From Candidatus Magasanikiibacteriota bacterium (GTDB lineage: Bacteria > Patescibacteriota > Patescibacteriia > Magasanikbacterales > UBA10003): a stretch of 53,515 nucleotides of DNA. Of the stretch, positions 30,968-40,075 are shown piece after piece. The notes beneath the pieces are model-generated. The model did no database searches. It was not told where the DNA came from and saw only the letters and a list, made by a program, of their open reading frames with translations. The stretch lies in the NCBI GenBank assembly GCA_016214465.1, contig JACROI010000032.1:1-53515 (forward strand), in the 5' to 3' direction. Position 1 is the first letter of the stretch. Each line of letters begins with the position of its first letter. The translations under genes and the position numbers were made by a program.

Positions 30968-31465
30968 ATGATTGACCAGCAACCAATGCGACAATTTTTA
31001 GACAAAGTGGAAAAATTGAAAAAAGAGCATCAGTGGGATTTGTCATCTGATGAAGATTTGTCCATTGCCGTGATGAATTTGGTAAGTTTGGAAGAACATT
31101 TTTTCTTTACCGGCGCCAAAACCGGCAAAGGAGAATACTATGATTTGCTGACGCAGGTGAGGGAAGTGCGGAAAGATTTATTAAAAAAAATTGTGAAAGA
31201 ACCGGAAGGGGAAGTGTGGTGCATTTCCAAACATCTTTTGGCCGCGAGCATGCGATTGATTGAGGTGGGTACGAAATTATTAAATCAAAAAAGAAAAGAG
31301 GACGCCGAGGAATTATTTACCAAGGCCTATAATTTGTATTCTTTATTTTGGGGACTTAATTTAAAAGTGGTACCATTGGGCGACATTAAGAAAAAAGAAG
31401 ACAACGAGTTAACCGGCAAATTAGACGATTTAGTTGAAAAATTAATTGATTGTTGTAAAGAATAA
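30968..31465 (+). CDS. Cytoplasmic helical hypothetical protein ending in ...IDCCKE
   Basis: The ORF has good coding character and no TM. A vicinal Cys pair sits near the C-terminus. Confidence 0.5.
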   Translation: MIDQQPMRQFLDKVEKLKKEHQWDLSSDEDLSIAVMNLVSLEEHFFFTGAKTGKGEYYDLLTQVREVRKDLLKKIVKEPEGEVWCISKHLLAASMRLIEVGTKLLNQKRKEDAEELFTKAYNLYSLFWGLNLKVVPLGDIKKKEDNELTGKLDDLVEKLIDCCKE

Positions 31466-32697
31466 TGCATGCTTTTATGAGAAAGAGCGGGCATAAGAAT
31501 GAACAACCGCCAACGAAAGAAGAAATAAAAAGTAATTATAATTTTGTTTATCGTCCATTTTTATTGGCGTTGGTGTCTTTAGTAGTTTTGGTTGTTCCAA
31601 AAACCGTTTCTGCCGCAGAAAATTTCACTCCAACAGAAAAGTCATTTTTAGCCAAAGTAATGGCAGTGGTGGGAGAACAAAAAAAGATAGACGGAAATGG
31701 CAAAGAGTATGCAGTTCAGGCCTTGAAATTAAAAGGATTGGAAGGGGAATGGAAAGATAAAGAAATAAATTATAATAGTCAAAATTTGTCGGCGGATATT
31801 ATTGGTTTGCCGGCTTTTAAAGTCGGGGATAAAGTGGTGGTAAATAGAAATGTTGATAAAGAGGATAGAGAAACTTTTTATATCACTGATTACGCGCGCA
31901 CTGGCAGGTTGTATTTTTTGTTGGCGCTTTTTTTCGGTTTAGTTATTCTTATCGGCAAAAAACAAGGTGGCAAAGCGATTATCGGCTTGGTGTTCACTTT
32001 TTTTGTCTTGATGAAGTTTATTATTCCGCAGATACTTGACGGAGCAAATCCGATTATGATTAGCATTATTGGCTCGTTCGTTATTCTCGTGGTATCATTA
32101 TATTTAGTGCATGGCTTTAACGCCAAAACCAGCGTAGCTTTGGCCGGAACTTTTTTAAGTTTGGCATTTACTGGAATTTTATCTTTTGTATTCGTTCAAT
32201 TTACTCGCTTAACAGGCTTTGGCGACGAGAGTGCGGCTTTTTTGGTAAACACAGGACAGAATGTCTTGAACATAAAAGGAATCCTCTTGGCCGGCATGAT
32301 TATCGGCGCTCTGGGTGTCTTAGATGATATCACAATTAGTCAAGCATCGGTAGTGGAGCAGATTTATAGAGCCAATGCCAATTTAAGCCCACGGGAAATT
32401 TATCAACGGGCGATGAAAGTGGGCGTGGATCATGTGAGCTCCATTGTCAATACTTTAGTTCTGGCCTATGCCGGAGCATCACTCCCCGTCTTGCTTCTGT
32501 TTTCTCTTGATTCGTCGCTTTCTTTGTCAACCGCGCAAATTATAAATAATGAAATCATAGCCACCGAGATTGTCAGGACCATTGTTGGGAGCATGGGGCT
32601 TGTGGTAGCAGTGCCACTGACTTCGCTTATTGCCGCGTATTTTTTGAAAAATAAAATTTTGCGGCTGGACAGTGGAGCGGCAGAGCATATTCACTAA
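31465..32697 (+). CDS. YibE/F-family membrane protein
   Basis: An N-terminal extracytoplasmic domain is followed by a polytopic region with GKAIIGLVFTFFVLMKFIIPQILDGANP and ...DDITISQASVV..., typical of YibE/F. Confidence 0.65.
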   Translation: MHAFMRKSGHKNEQPPTKEEIKSNYNFVYRPFLLALVSLVVLVVPKTVSAAENFTPTEKSFLAKVMAVVGEQKKIDGNGKEYAVQALKLKGLEGEWKDKEINYNSQNLSADIIGLPAFKVGDKVVVNRNVDKEDRETFYITDYARTGRLYFLLALFFGLVILIGKKQGGKAIIGLVFTFFVLMKFIIPQILDGANPIMISIIGSFVILVVSLYLVHGFNAKTSVALAGTFLSLAFTGILSFVFVQFTRLTGFGDESAAFLVNTGQNVLNIKGILLAGMIIGALGVLDDITISQASVVEQIYRANANLSPREIYQRAMKVGVDHVSSIVNTLVLAYAGASLPVLLLFSLDSSLSLSTAQIINNEIIATEIVRTIVGSMGLVVAVPLTSLIAAYFLKNKILRLDSGAAEHIH

Positions 32698-32721
32698 TTA
32701 TTTATTTTTTAATTTAAATTT

Positions 32722-33600
32722 GTGGATTTATTAGTCAGCACATCAATGGTGGCGGCGTTTATTGCTGGTTTGGCGGCGTTGTTTGCTCCGTGTTGCATCA
32801 CTGTCCTGCTGCCATCCTATCTGGCTTCGGTTTTCCGTGAAAAAAGAACGGTTTTTTTAATGACTTTTATTTTCTTTTTGGGAATTCTTTTGGTTTTTCT
32901 GCCGCTCGGTCTGGGAGCGGCGTTTTTTGGGCAATTTTTGAGCAAATACCATAACGCAATTTTTATTGTTGGCGGGGCCTTTTTGTTATTTTCCGGCTTA
33001 GTTTTACTCTTGGGGAAGCATTATTCTTTGCCATTTCACATTAATCCCGCTTTGAAAAATCATCATGCTGTTTCAGTATTTACTTTAGGCATATTTTCCG
33101 GAATCGCAACTACTTGCTGCGCTCCGGTTTTGGCCGGGGTTTTGGCTTTGGCTGTTTTGCCTGGCTCGATTTTTTTGGGCGTGGCTTACACTTTGAGCTA
33201 TGTTCTGGGTATGGTGGCGCCGCTTTTTTTCATTTCCGCTTTTTTGGACAAAACAAACATTACGCGCAAATTCATGGGCACAAGAAAGCGGTTGGAGTAT
33301 TCCCTATTCGGCCGTCGGATTTCAGTGACTATTGCCGAGGTCATTGCCGGCATAATGTTTGTGGCGATGGGTTTATTGACCTCAATTTTGGCTTTCACCA
33401 ATAAATTACAAATGCGCTCGTCTTATCAAATTGATATTAATATTTTTTCCGCTAAGCTGTTCAATGCCATTAGGGCAGTGGTGATAATTATTCCGGAATG
33501 GGCCTGGGGTTTGTTTTTTTTAGCGATTTTAATTGGATTAATTATTAAAGTGTTTTATTTATTTAAAAAAGAAAGGCAAAAATATGGAAAAGAAGAATAA
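32722..33600 (+). CDS. DsbD/CcdA-superfamily-like membrane protein with vicinal Cys pairs in both halves
   Basis: LFAPCCITVLLPSYL lies in TM1 and GIATTCCAPVLAGVL in a later TM. The GTG start at 32722 or the ATG at 32746 are both possible. Confidence 0.6.
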   Translation: MDLLVSTSMVAAFIAGLAALFAPCCITVLLPSYLASVFREKRTVFLMTFIFFLGILLVFLPLGLGAAFFGQFLSKYHNAIFIVGGAFLLFSGLVLLLGKHYSLPFHINPALKNHHAVSVFTLGIFSGIATTCCAPVLAGVLALAVLPGSIFLGVAYTLSYVLGMVAPLFFISAFLDKTNITRKFMGTRKRLEYSLFGRRISVTIAEVIAGIMFVAMGLLTSILAFTNKLQMRSSYQIDINIFSAKLFNAIRAVVIIIPEWAWGLFFLAILIGLIIKVFYLFKKERQKYGKEE

Positions 33601-34240
33601 CACAGCGACGGCGGTTGTTATCACGGCTGTTATCATGTTGATCATATTCGGCTTGGTATTAGCGGCTTTCCGGCAATTTTCACCAAGCGAGCAAAAAAAA
33701 GTAGCCGTTGCCGATGATATGTCTGGCCATCATGGTGGTGGCGCGCAACCAGTGCCGCAAGCTGGCGCGGCTTTGAATGATTTGGTTGGCAAGCCCATGC
33801 CGGATTTTTCTATGACTGATATCAATGGTCGGGAATATACAGCCAAAGATTTACAGGGAAAAAAGATAGTAATGTTTTTTAATGAAGGTCTGATGTGTTA
33901 TCCGGCTTGCTGGAACCAAATAGTGGCGTTGGCAAAAGATGAGCGTTTAAAAAGTGATAACACAGTAGTTTTTTCCGTGGTAGTGGATGCGGCCAAAGAT
34001 TGGCAGAAAGCGATTGACAAGATGCCGGAATTAGGACTGGCGCTGGTTGTTTTTGATAAGAATGCCACTTTAGCTGGCAAATTGGGCTTATTGACAGTTG
34101 CATCATCAATGCACTATGGCTCTTTACCCGGGCACACTTATCTGGTTATTGATAAACAGGGGGTGATTCGGCACATTTTTGACGACCCAAATATGGCTTT
34201 GCATAATGAGCAATTGGTTGAGGAACTGATTAAATTATAA
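33584..34240 (+). CDS. Membrane-anchored redoxin/AhpC-TSA-family thioredoxin-fold protein
   Basis: An N-terminal TM is followed by PMPDFSMTDINGREYTAKDLQGKKIVMFFNEGLMCYPACWNQI (CxxC in redoxin context). Confidence 0.7.
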   Translation: MEKKNNTATAVVITAVIMLIIFGLVLAAFRQFSPSEQKKVAVADDMSGHHGGGAQPVPQAGAALNDLVGKPMPDFSMTDINGREYTAKDLQGKKIVMFFNEGLMCYPACWNQIVALAKDERLKSDNTVVFSVVVDAAKDWQKAIDKMPELGLALVVFDKNATLAGKLGLLTVASSMHYGSLPGHTYLVIDKQGVIRHIFDDPNMALHNEQLVEELIKL

Positions 34241-34262
34241 AAAGTTATTCACAAGCCATTCC

Positions 34263-34291
34263 TTGACACTCATACCCCCCTATGGTATAAT
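34263..34291 (+). promoter_or_regulatory. Consensus promoter TTGACA-17-TATAAT with CsoR-type operator ATACC-N7-GGTAT in the spacer
   Basis: ttgaca (34263-34268) and tataat (34286-34291). The inverted repeat atacc cccctat ggtat (34272-34288) carries a C tract. The ATG of csoR lies 7 nt after the -10. Confidence 0.6.
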
Positions 34292-34298
34292 AAAAATT

Positions 34299-34568
34299 AT
34301 GAAGGACGCCATTAAGAAAAATATTCTTCATCGACTAAAAATTATAGAAGGCCAAGTGCGCGGCCTGCAAAAGCTGACTGAGGAAGATACATATTGTGTG
34401 GATATTATTTCACAATCAGCGGCAGTCAAAAATGCCATTTCCGGTATAGAGAATTTAGTGTTGGATAATCATTTGTCCACGCATGTGGTAGAGCAAATAA
34501 AAGCTGGTAAAGAAAATCAAGCGATTAAGGAAATCCTGGCAGTTTATAAGTTATCAAAAAGACGGTAG
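34299..34568 (+). CDS. csoR: CsoR/RcnR-family metal-sensing transcriptional repressor
   Basis: ILHRLKIIEGQVRGLQKLTEEDTYCVDIISQSAAVKNAISGIENLVLDNHLSTHV is present. The family signature R.+GQ..G+ ... C.D...Q..A is met, with Cys and His ligand positions present. Confidence 0.85.
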   Translation: MKDAIKKNILHRLKIIEGQVRGLQKLTEEDTYCVDIISQSAAVKNAISGIENLVLDNHLSTHVVEQIKAGKENQAIKEILAVYKLSKRR

Positions 34569-34602
34569 AGGATTGTAATTCGGAAAGAAAGAAGGTGATT
34601 TT

Positions 34603-34884
34603 ATGGAAGATGTAAAATGCAATTATTGGCGCTGTGCCAATCGTATCGGGCTATTTTTAGCGATTTTGTTCGTTTTTTGTTTTGTGTTTCATTATTTTCG
34701 TCCGGTGGACGCGGAATTGCGCGTTAAGTTGTTTCAGATGGCTTTTCTCGGCTTTTCCGGCATGAATTTTGCCAGCTTTGTTCTCGGTTTGATTCAAAGT
34801 TATATCTACGCTTATATCGGGTTTGGTTTGTGGTTTTTGGTTGGATGTTGTATTAAAAGCGGAGCGGAGTGTGAGAAGAAATAA
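34603..34884 (+). CDS. Small membrane protein (2-3 TM), hypothetical
   Basis: Hydrophobic helices are present. Cys residues occur near both ends (VKCNYWRC..., ...GCCIKSGAECEKK). Confidence 0.45.
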   Translation: MEDVKCNYWRCANRIGLFLAILFVFCFVFHYFRPVDAELRVKLFQMAFLGFSGMNFASFVLGLIQSYIYAYIGFGLWFLVGCCIKSGAECEKK

Positions 34885-34909
34885 TTTTAATTTTTTGAAA
34901 TCTAAACAT

Positions 34910-35098
34910 ATGGTATTCGGATTATTTAAAAAACACTGCTCCACCTGTGGGATGGATGTTGAAAAAGAAAAAGCGATAAAAAGATTCGGCGAATATTTTT
35001 GTTCAGAAGAACACGCGGAAGGATATCGTCAGAAAATGGCGACAGAAGAGTCAAAAACAGCAAAACAAGGCGGCGGCGGGTGTTGCGGTGGGAAATAA
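34910..35098 (+). CDS. Small YHS/TRASH-like metal-binding protein ending in GGGGCCGGK
   Basis: CSTCGMDVEKEKAIKRFGEYFCSEEH follows the CxxC...FCS pattern of YHS/TRASH domains. The ATG at 34910 is preferred to the long overlapping ORF-track start. Confidence 0.55.
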   Translation: MVFGLFKKHCSTCGMDVEKEKAIKRFGEYFCSEEHAEGYRQKMATEESKTAKQGGGGCCGGK

Positions 35099-35954
35099 AG
35101 ACAGTTATGCGCTGAATGCTGGAAGAAAGTCAAAAGCTTTTGAAATAGGAAAAAAACACTATGACATTGGCAATGATTTGTTCCGCGCCATGCTTGATAA
35201 ACGTTTAACTTATACTTGTGGTTATTGGAAAAATGCCGGGAATTTGGCTGACGCGCAGGAGGCAAAGCTTGATCTGGTTTGCAAAAAAATTGGTCTCAAA
35301 TCAGGACAAAAAATACTTGATATTGGTTCTGGCTGTGGGAGTTTTATGGGTTACGCCGCTGAAAAGTATGGCGTAAGCGCGCTTGGGGTTACTGTTTCAA
35401 ATGAGCAAAAAGAATTAACTGATAAAGTATACAAAAATTTTCCAATAGAAACCAAACTCCAGGATTATCGCAGTATCAATGGAAAGTTTGACCACATTGT
35501 CTCTTTGGGGATGTTTGAACATGTTGGAGCAAAGAACTATAAAGGGTATATGAAAGTCGTTCACAGGTGTCTTAATAATGGCGGTATTTTTCTTCTACAC
35601 ACGATATGGTGCAATAAGTCCGACCAAGTTGGAGACCCATGGTTTGATAAGTATATTTTTCCTGGAGGAAAACTTCCTTCGATAAAGCAGATCGCGGAAG
35701 TCATTGAAGGACTATTTGTGATGGAGGATTGGCAAAATTTTGGAGCTGATTACGATAAAACATTAATGGCGTGGTATAATAATTTTAACGAGAATTGGGA
35801 CAAAATAAAATCAAATTATAATGAAAGATTTCGTCGGATGTGGAGATATTATTTATTAGCTTGCGCGGGGTCATTTCGAGCAAGAAAAAATCAATTGTGG
35901 CAGGTCGTCTTATCCAAAAAAGGAGTTCGGGGAGGGTATCAATCAATTAGATAA
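35088..35954 (+). CDS. Cyclopropane-fatty-acyl-phospholipid synthase (CMAS)-family SAM-dependent methyltransferase
   Basis: HYDIGNDLFRAMLDKRLTYTCGYW...AQEAKLDLVCKKIGLKSGQKILDIGSGCGSF...FDHIVSLGMFEHVG is the CFA-synthase signature. The start is GTG. Confidence 0.75.
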   Translation: MGNKDSYALNAGRKSKAFEIGKKHYDIGNDLFRAMLDKRLTYTCGYWKNAGNLADAQEAKLDLVCKKIGLKSGQKILDIGSGCGSFMGYAAEKYGVSALGVTVSNEQKELTDKVYKNFPIETKLQDYRSINGKFDHIVSLGMFEHVGAKNYKGYMKVVHRCLNNGGIFLLHTIWCNKSDQVGDPWFDKYIFPGGKLPSIKQIAEVIEGLFVMEDWQNFGADYDKTLMAWYNNFNENWDKIKSNYNERFRRMWRYYLLACAGSFRARKNQLWQVVLSKKGVRGGYQSIR

Positions 35955-35980
35955 TTAAAAATTAATATAAAATTAAACAT

Positions 35981-36184
35981 ATGAGTTGTTGCGGCGGTAA
36001 TTCTAATAATCGTTCGGAACAGGGTTTAAAAAAAAAGTCCAATCTGCAGACGGATTCGCATCACGCGGCGGATGCGTCAAATACCGGATCAGGTCACGGC
36101 GCAAATAAGTGGTTCCATATTATTCATTGGATTATTATGTTCGGCTTTGTAGTGTATTTTATTGTGAGTGGTTTGAAGAAATAA
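35981..36184 (+). CDS. Small protein starting MSCCGG with C-terminal TM
   Basis: N-terminal vicinal Cys pair, a His-rich middle (DSHHAADASNTGSGHG), and a C-terminal hydrophobic helix. Confidence 0.45.
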   Translation: MSCCGGNSNNRSEQGLKKKSNLQTDSHHAADASNTGSGHGANKWFHIIHWIIMFGFVVYFIVSGLKK

Positions 36185-36266
36185 AATAATAGTGTTTTAG
36201 CGATTTCATATGTGCGCAAGGTCTATCGGTATCGTCTTAATATCGGTGGCGATTCTCTATTAAGAT

Positions 36267-37961
36267 ATGGGAAAAACATCTTTTTATTTAATTTTTACAG
36301 TTGTTATAGGCGTTGCTCTTGTCTCATTTTGGTCATACCAAAAGTATTTTAATAAAGTAGAGCCAGAGCCGCTTTTGTTTAAGGTTGAAAGAGGGCCTAT
36401 TAAAGAAATAGTAAAAGTAAGGGGAGAAGTCGTATCGCAAAAAAATTTTGATTTGGGGTTTCTCTTTTCCGGTTTTGTGGAAAAAATTTTTGTAAAAGAT
36501 GGGCAACAAGTCAATCAGAATGATCCTTTGTTAATGCTAGAAACAACCGATTTTGAATTAGAAATTAGGGAACTGGTCGCTTTGCTGGCTTTGTCCAATG
36601 CAAATGTAAAATCCCAGCAAGCGAAATTGGATGAACTGAAAAAAGGTATACGCGTTGAAGAAATTCAAATAGTTGAAACAAAATTAGTTAATTCTGAAAA
36701 ATCGCTACAAGATGCAGCTGACAACCTTGAAAAAATTAAAGAAAAAGCTCAAGCAGATTTGGATGACGCTTACAGTAACGCTCTTACTGCTATTCAAAAA
36801 GCAGTGATTGTTGGGAAAAATGCTCTTTTGACTCTAACTGACATTCAATACGCTCATCTTTTAGGCACTGATCAAGACGCGATAGCAGTGGCTGAAAAGA
36901 AAGCAATTGCGGTGAAAGCGCTCTTGGGTGCTGACAGTGCCGGCAGAATGTTTTCAAATTCTTTAAGCATCTTGAGCGGCGGAGCTTACAGCACTGTTCA
37001 AAAGGCGGCAGTCAATCCCGTATATGTGAATATTGATTCGGCGTCTCTGGAAACTTTAGATGCTTTACAAAAGGTAAAATCGGCTCTGGAATCGGTTCCT
37101 GTGACTTTTGAATGGACATCAACTGAAAAAATAAATATGAGCGCGGAAAAAAATAATGTTAGCGCGGAAATTTCAACAATTTCAAACAGGCAAAAAACAA
37201 TCATAACTCAAAAGTCAGCTAATGCCAGTAGTATTTCTTCCGCGGAAGCAGGTGTTACTGGCGCAAAAAATACTTTAGCGACAGCCACGGATGAATTAAT
37301 TCTTAAAAGAGCAGGAAGCACTAAAGAGCAAATTACCGCGCAGGAGGCGATTGTAGAATCAGGCCAAGCAAATGTTCAAAGTGTTCAAGCGAGAATTGCT
37401 GGGGTTTGGGAAAAAATCAAAAAATCAACTCTCTACGCTCCGGCAGACGCCAAGATCACCAAAGTTTGGTTTGAAAAACAAGAACTGGCAAGACCGGGAC
37501 AAACCGCCGTAACTCTTGAAACTTCCGGTCATAAAATTCAAGCTGATGTTTCTGAATTGGAAATAGGGAAAATAAGAGAGATAAATGGCAACAAAGTCCT
37601 GATTCAATTTGATTCTTTTCCTGATTTGAACTTCAATGGCGAAATTATATCCGTTGAACCAAAGGAAATTGTCAAAGAAGGTGACAAATACTATCGGGTA
37701 AATGTGTTTATAGAGCCGCATGATTTAGAAATTCGCTCCGGGATGAGCGCTGATTTGACAATTTTAATTTTATCAAAAGATAATATCTTGAAAATTCCGG
37801 AACTTACCATTTATAAAAAAGACGGTAAAAAATTCGTAACGATTTTTGAAGAAAGTAGACAAAAAGAAGTGGAGATCAAAACAGGTATCTCCAACGGTGA
37901 ATCAATTGAAATAATCAGCGGACTTAATGAAGGACAGATTGTAGCGCTTTTTGCCGACTAA
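36267..37961 (+). CDS. HlyD/MacA-type periplasmic adaptor (membrane fusion protein) with long coiled coil
   Basis: An N-terminal TM is followed by a lipoyl-like segment (GFVEKIFVKDGQQVNQNDPLLML), a long helical hairpin, and a beta-barrel segment near the C-terminus. Confidence 0.75.
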   Translation: MGKTSFYLIFTVVIGVALVSFWSYQKYFNKVEPEPLLFKVERGPIKEIVKVRGEVVSQKNFDLGFLFSGFVEKIFVKDGQQVNQNDPLLMLETTDFELEIRELVALLALSNANVKSQQAKLDELKKGIRVEEIQIVETKLVNSEKSLQDAADNLEKIKEKAQADLDDAYSNALTAIQKAVIVGKNALLTLTDIQYAHLLGTDQDAIAVAEKKAIAVKALLGADSAGRMFSNSLSILSGGAYSTVQKAAVNPVYVNIDSASLETLDALQKVKSALESVPVTFEWTSTEKINMSAEKNNVSAEISTISNRQKTIITQKSANASSISSAEAGVTGAKNTLATATDELILKRAGSTKEQITAQEAIVESGQANVQSVQARIAGVWEKIKKSTLYAPADAKITKVWFEKQELARPGQTAVTLETSGHKIQADVSELEIGKIREINGNKVLIQFDSFPDLNFNGEIISVEPKEIVKEGDKYYRVNVFIEPHDLEIRSGMSADLTILILSKDNILKIPELTIYKKDGKKFVTIFEESRQKEVEIKTGISNGESIEIISGLNEGQIVALFAD

Positions 37962-37972
37962 TTGTATAGATT

Positions 37973-38833
37973 ATGCGGTCAAAAGACACTCAATTGAAAG
38001 TTGATCCTGTTTGCGGCATGGATTTGTCCGAATACACGGATGTTGTTGAAATTTTTCATCAAGAAAAAGGGTTTTACTTTTGTGGAAAAGGATGCGAAGA
38101 TAGATTTAAAAAAAATCCAAGCAGATTTCAAGGAGAGCCGCTTATTAAGTTGGATAATATTTGGAAGATTTTTAAGCTTGGTGAGACAGAGACCAAAGTT
38201 CTCACGGGTTTAAATCTTCATATTTGGGAAGGTGATTTTGTGGCCATTATTGGCTCGAGCGGTTCCGGCAAAAGTACCGCTTTAAATATGATAGGTCTTT
38301 TAGATCGGCCGACTTCCGGTCGGATTTTTTTAAATGGCGAAGATGTGTCTTTATTGAACGATGATAAAAGGAATGGACTCCGTTCTAAAACTTTCGGTTT
38401 TGTGTTTCAGCAGTATAATTTAATATCGTGGCTGACTGCCTATGAAAATGTAAATCTTCCGCTTGTCTTCTCCGGAAAAAAAATTGAAATGAAGAAATTA
38501 GAAGCTCGTTTTGAAAAAATGGGCCTGAAAGAGCGTCTGACCCACCGTTCTTTTGAACTTTCCGGCGGAGAACAGCAACGCGTTGCGCTTTTGCGTGCTT
38601 TAGTAAACGATCCGGAAATAATTCTAGGAGACGAGCCGACCGGCAATTTGGATTCAGCAACCGGTAATAAAATTTTAGAAATACTGATTGATTTGAATAG
38701 AAATCGTAAAAAAACGCTCATCATAGTTACCCACGACGCCGATATAGCTGAGAAGGCCGATCAAGTCATTACTTTTAAGGACGGACATTTAGTGCGAGAC
38801 CATCAGGCGCATAAAAAAGCATATACGGAATAA
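37973..38833 (+). CDS. MacB/LolD-type ABC transporter ATP-binding protein with N-terminal YHS domain
   Basis: The YHS motif is DPVCGMDLSEYTDVVEIFHQEKGFYFCGKGCEDRFKKNPSRF. It is followed by Walker A GSSGSGKST, Q-loop, signature LSGGEQQRVALLRAL and Walker B IILGDEPTGNLD. Confidence 0.85.
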   Translation: MRSKDTQLKVDPVCGMDLSEYTDVVEIFHQEKGFYFCGKGCEDRFKKNPSRFQGEPLIKLDNIWKIFKLGETETKVLTGLNLHIWEGDFVAIIGSSGSGKSTALNMIGLLDRPTSGRIFLNGEDVSLLNDDKRNGLRSKTFGFVFQQYNLISWLTAYENVNLPLVFSGKKIEMKKLEARFEKMGLKERLTHRSFELSGGEQQRVALLRALVNDPEIILGDEPTGNLDSATGNKILEILIDLNRNRKKTLIIVTHDADIAEKADQVITFKDGHLVRDHQAHKKAYTE

Positions 38834-38848
38834 ATATCAACAAGAAAT

Positions 38849-40051
38849 ATGCTGAAAAATTTTCTCATTTTAACCTTAAAGAGTATTAGACATCGCTCAA
38901 CCAGAAGTTGGTTGACGATTTTAGGCATTGTCATCGGCATAATGTTGGTAGTCATTATTTTGGCATTAAGTTCCGGTATTAAAAATACGATTGCCGGGGC
39001 ATTGCAGACATTCGGATCGGATTTGATTATAATTTTTCCCGGTAAAGAAAATAATCCCATTGTTGGATTTTTGGCCGGGCAAAAATTCAGAGAGAAAGAT
39101 CTGGTAGATCTTGAGAAAATAAATGGCGTTAAATTCGCCGTACCAATGGGTATTGGCAATTTAAATATTGAACATAATGGAGAAGTAAAATCAACAATGA
39201 TTCATGCCGCCAATTGGAAAAAATATGTAGAGGTATTAGAATCGTCTCAGGGTATTAAGCTTGAGACCGGTCGATGGCCTGAAAATGATGAAGTGTCCGA
39301 GGTAGTTTTCGGCCACTTGGCCGCTAAAACATTTTTTAAAAAAGAAGTGATGGTTGGAGACGAGGTAATTATCAAATCAAAAAGATTTAAGGTTGTTGGC
39401 AATCTTTCCGAAATCGGCGAACAGATGATTGATAATGTTATTTTTGTTTCTTTGGATAGACTTGACAGTTTAACCGATTCTCGCGGCGTTTCCAGCGCTT
39501 TAGTAAAAGTAATGCCAGGAGCGAATATCAATTTGGTGGCCCAGCAAATAAAATTTCAGCTTTCCAAACAAGAAGTCATTCGCGATTTTTCAGTTTTAAC
39601 TCCAGAAAAAGCTGATCGTTTAATTGATAATGTTATTTCAATCGTTGAGTTGGTTTTAATGATCATCGCGTTAGTGTCTTTGGTAGTGGGAGCGGTAGGC
39701 ATTATGAACACTATGTATACTTCAGTTTTGGAACGAACTAAACAGATTGGGGTTATGAAGGCAATCGGTGCTTCTGACGACGCCATTCTCTCGCTATTTC
39801 TGATAGAGTCTGGTTTTATCGGTTTAGTTGGAGGAATTTTAGGAATTTTTTTTGGAATACTTTCGGCGTATTTCATTGGTTTAACTGCCGCTGGCTTCGG
39901 GATTAGAGGATTATTTTCTTTCGCATCATTGGATTTCTTCGGACTTTTTGTCATTTTGTTTCTTACTTTCATTATTGGAGTTCTATCAGGCGTATTGCCT
40001 GCAAAGCAAGCTTCTCGCATGGAGCCGGCTGAGGCATTGCGTTATGAATGA
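38849..40051 (+). CDS. MacB/FtsX-type ABC transporter permease
   Basis: TM1 is followed by a large extracytoplasmic domain and three C-terminal TMs with the GVMKAIGASD motif typical of the FtsX/MacB fold. Confidence 0.8.
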   Translation: MLKNFLILTLKSIRHRSTRSWLTILGIVIGIMLVVIILALSSGIKNTIAGALQTFGSDLIIIFPGKENNPIVGFLAGQKFREKDLVDLEKINGVKFAVPMGIGNLNIEHNGEVKSTMIHAANWKKYVEVLESSQGIKLETGRWPENDEVSEVVFGHLAAKTFFKKEVMVGDEVIIKSKRFKVVGNLSEIGEQMIDNVIFVSLDRLDSLTDSRGVSSALVKVMPGANINLVAQQIKFQLSKQEVIRDFSVLTPEKADRLIDNVISIVELVLMIIALVSLVVGAVGIMNTMYTSVLERTKQIGVMKAIGASDDAILSLFLIESGFIGLVGGILGIFFGILSAYFIGLTAAGFGIRGLFSFASLDFFGLFVILFLTFIIGVLSGVLPAKQASRMEPAEALRYE

Positions 40052-40075
40052 AATAATTATTTTTAAATAAAATAT

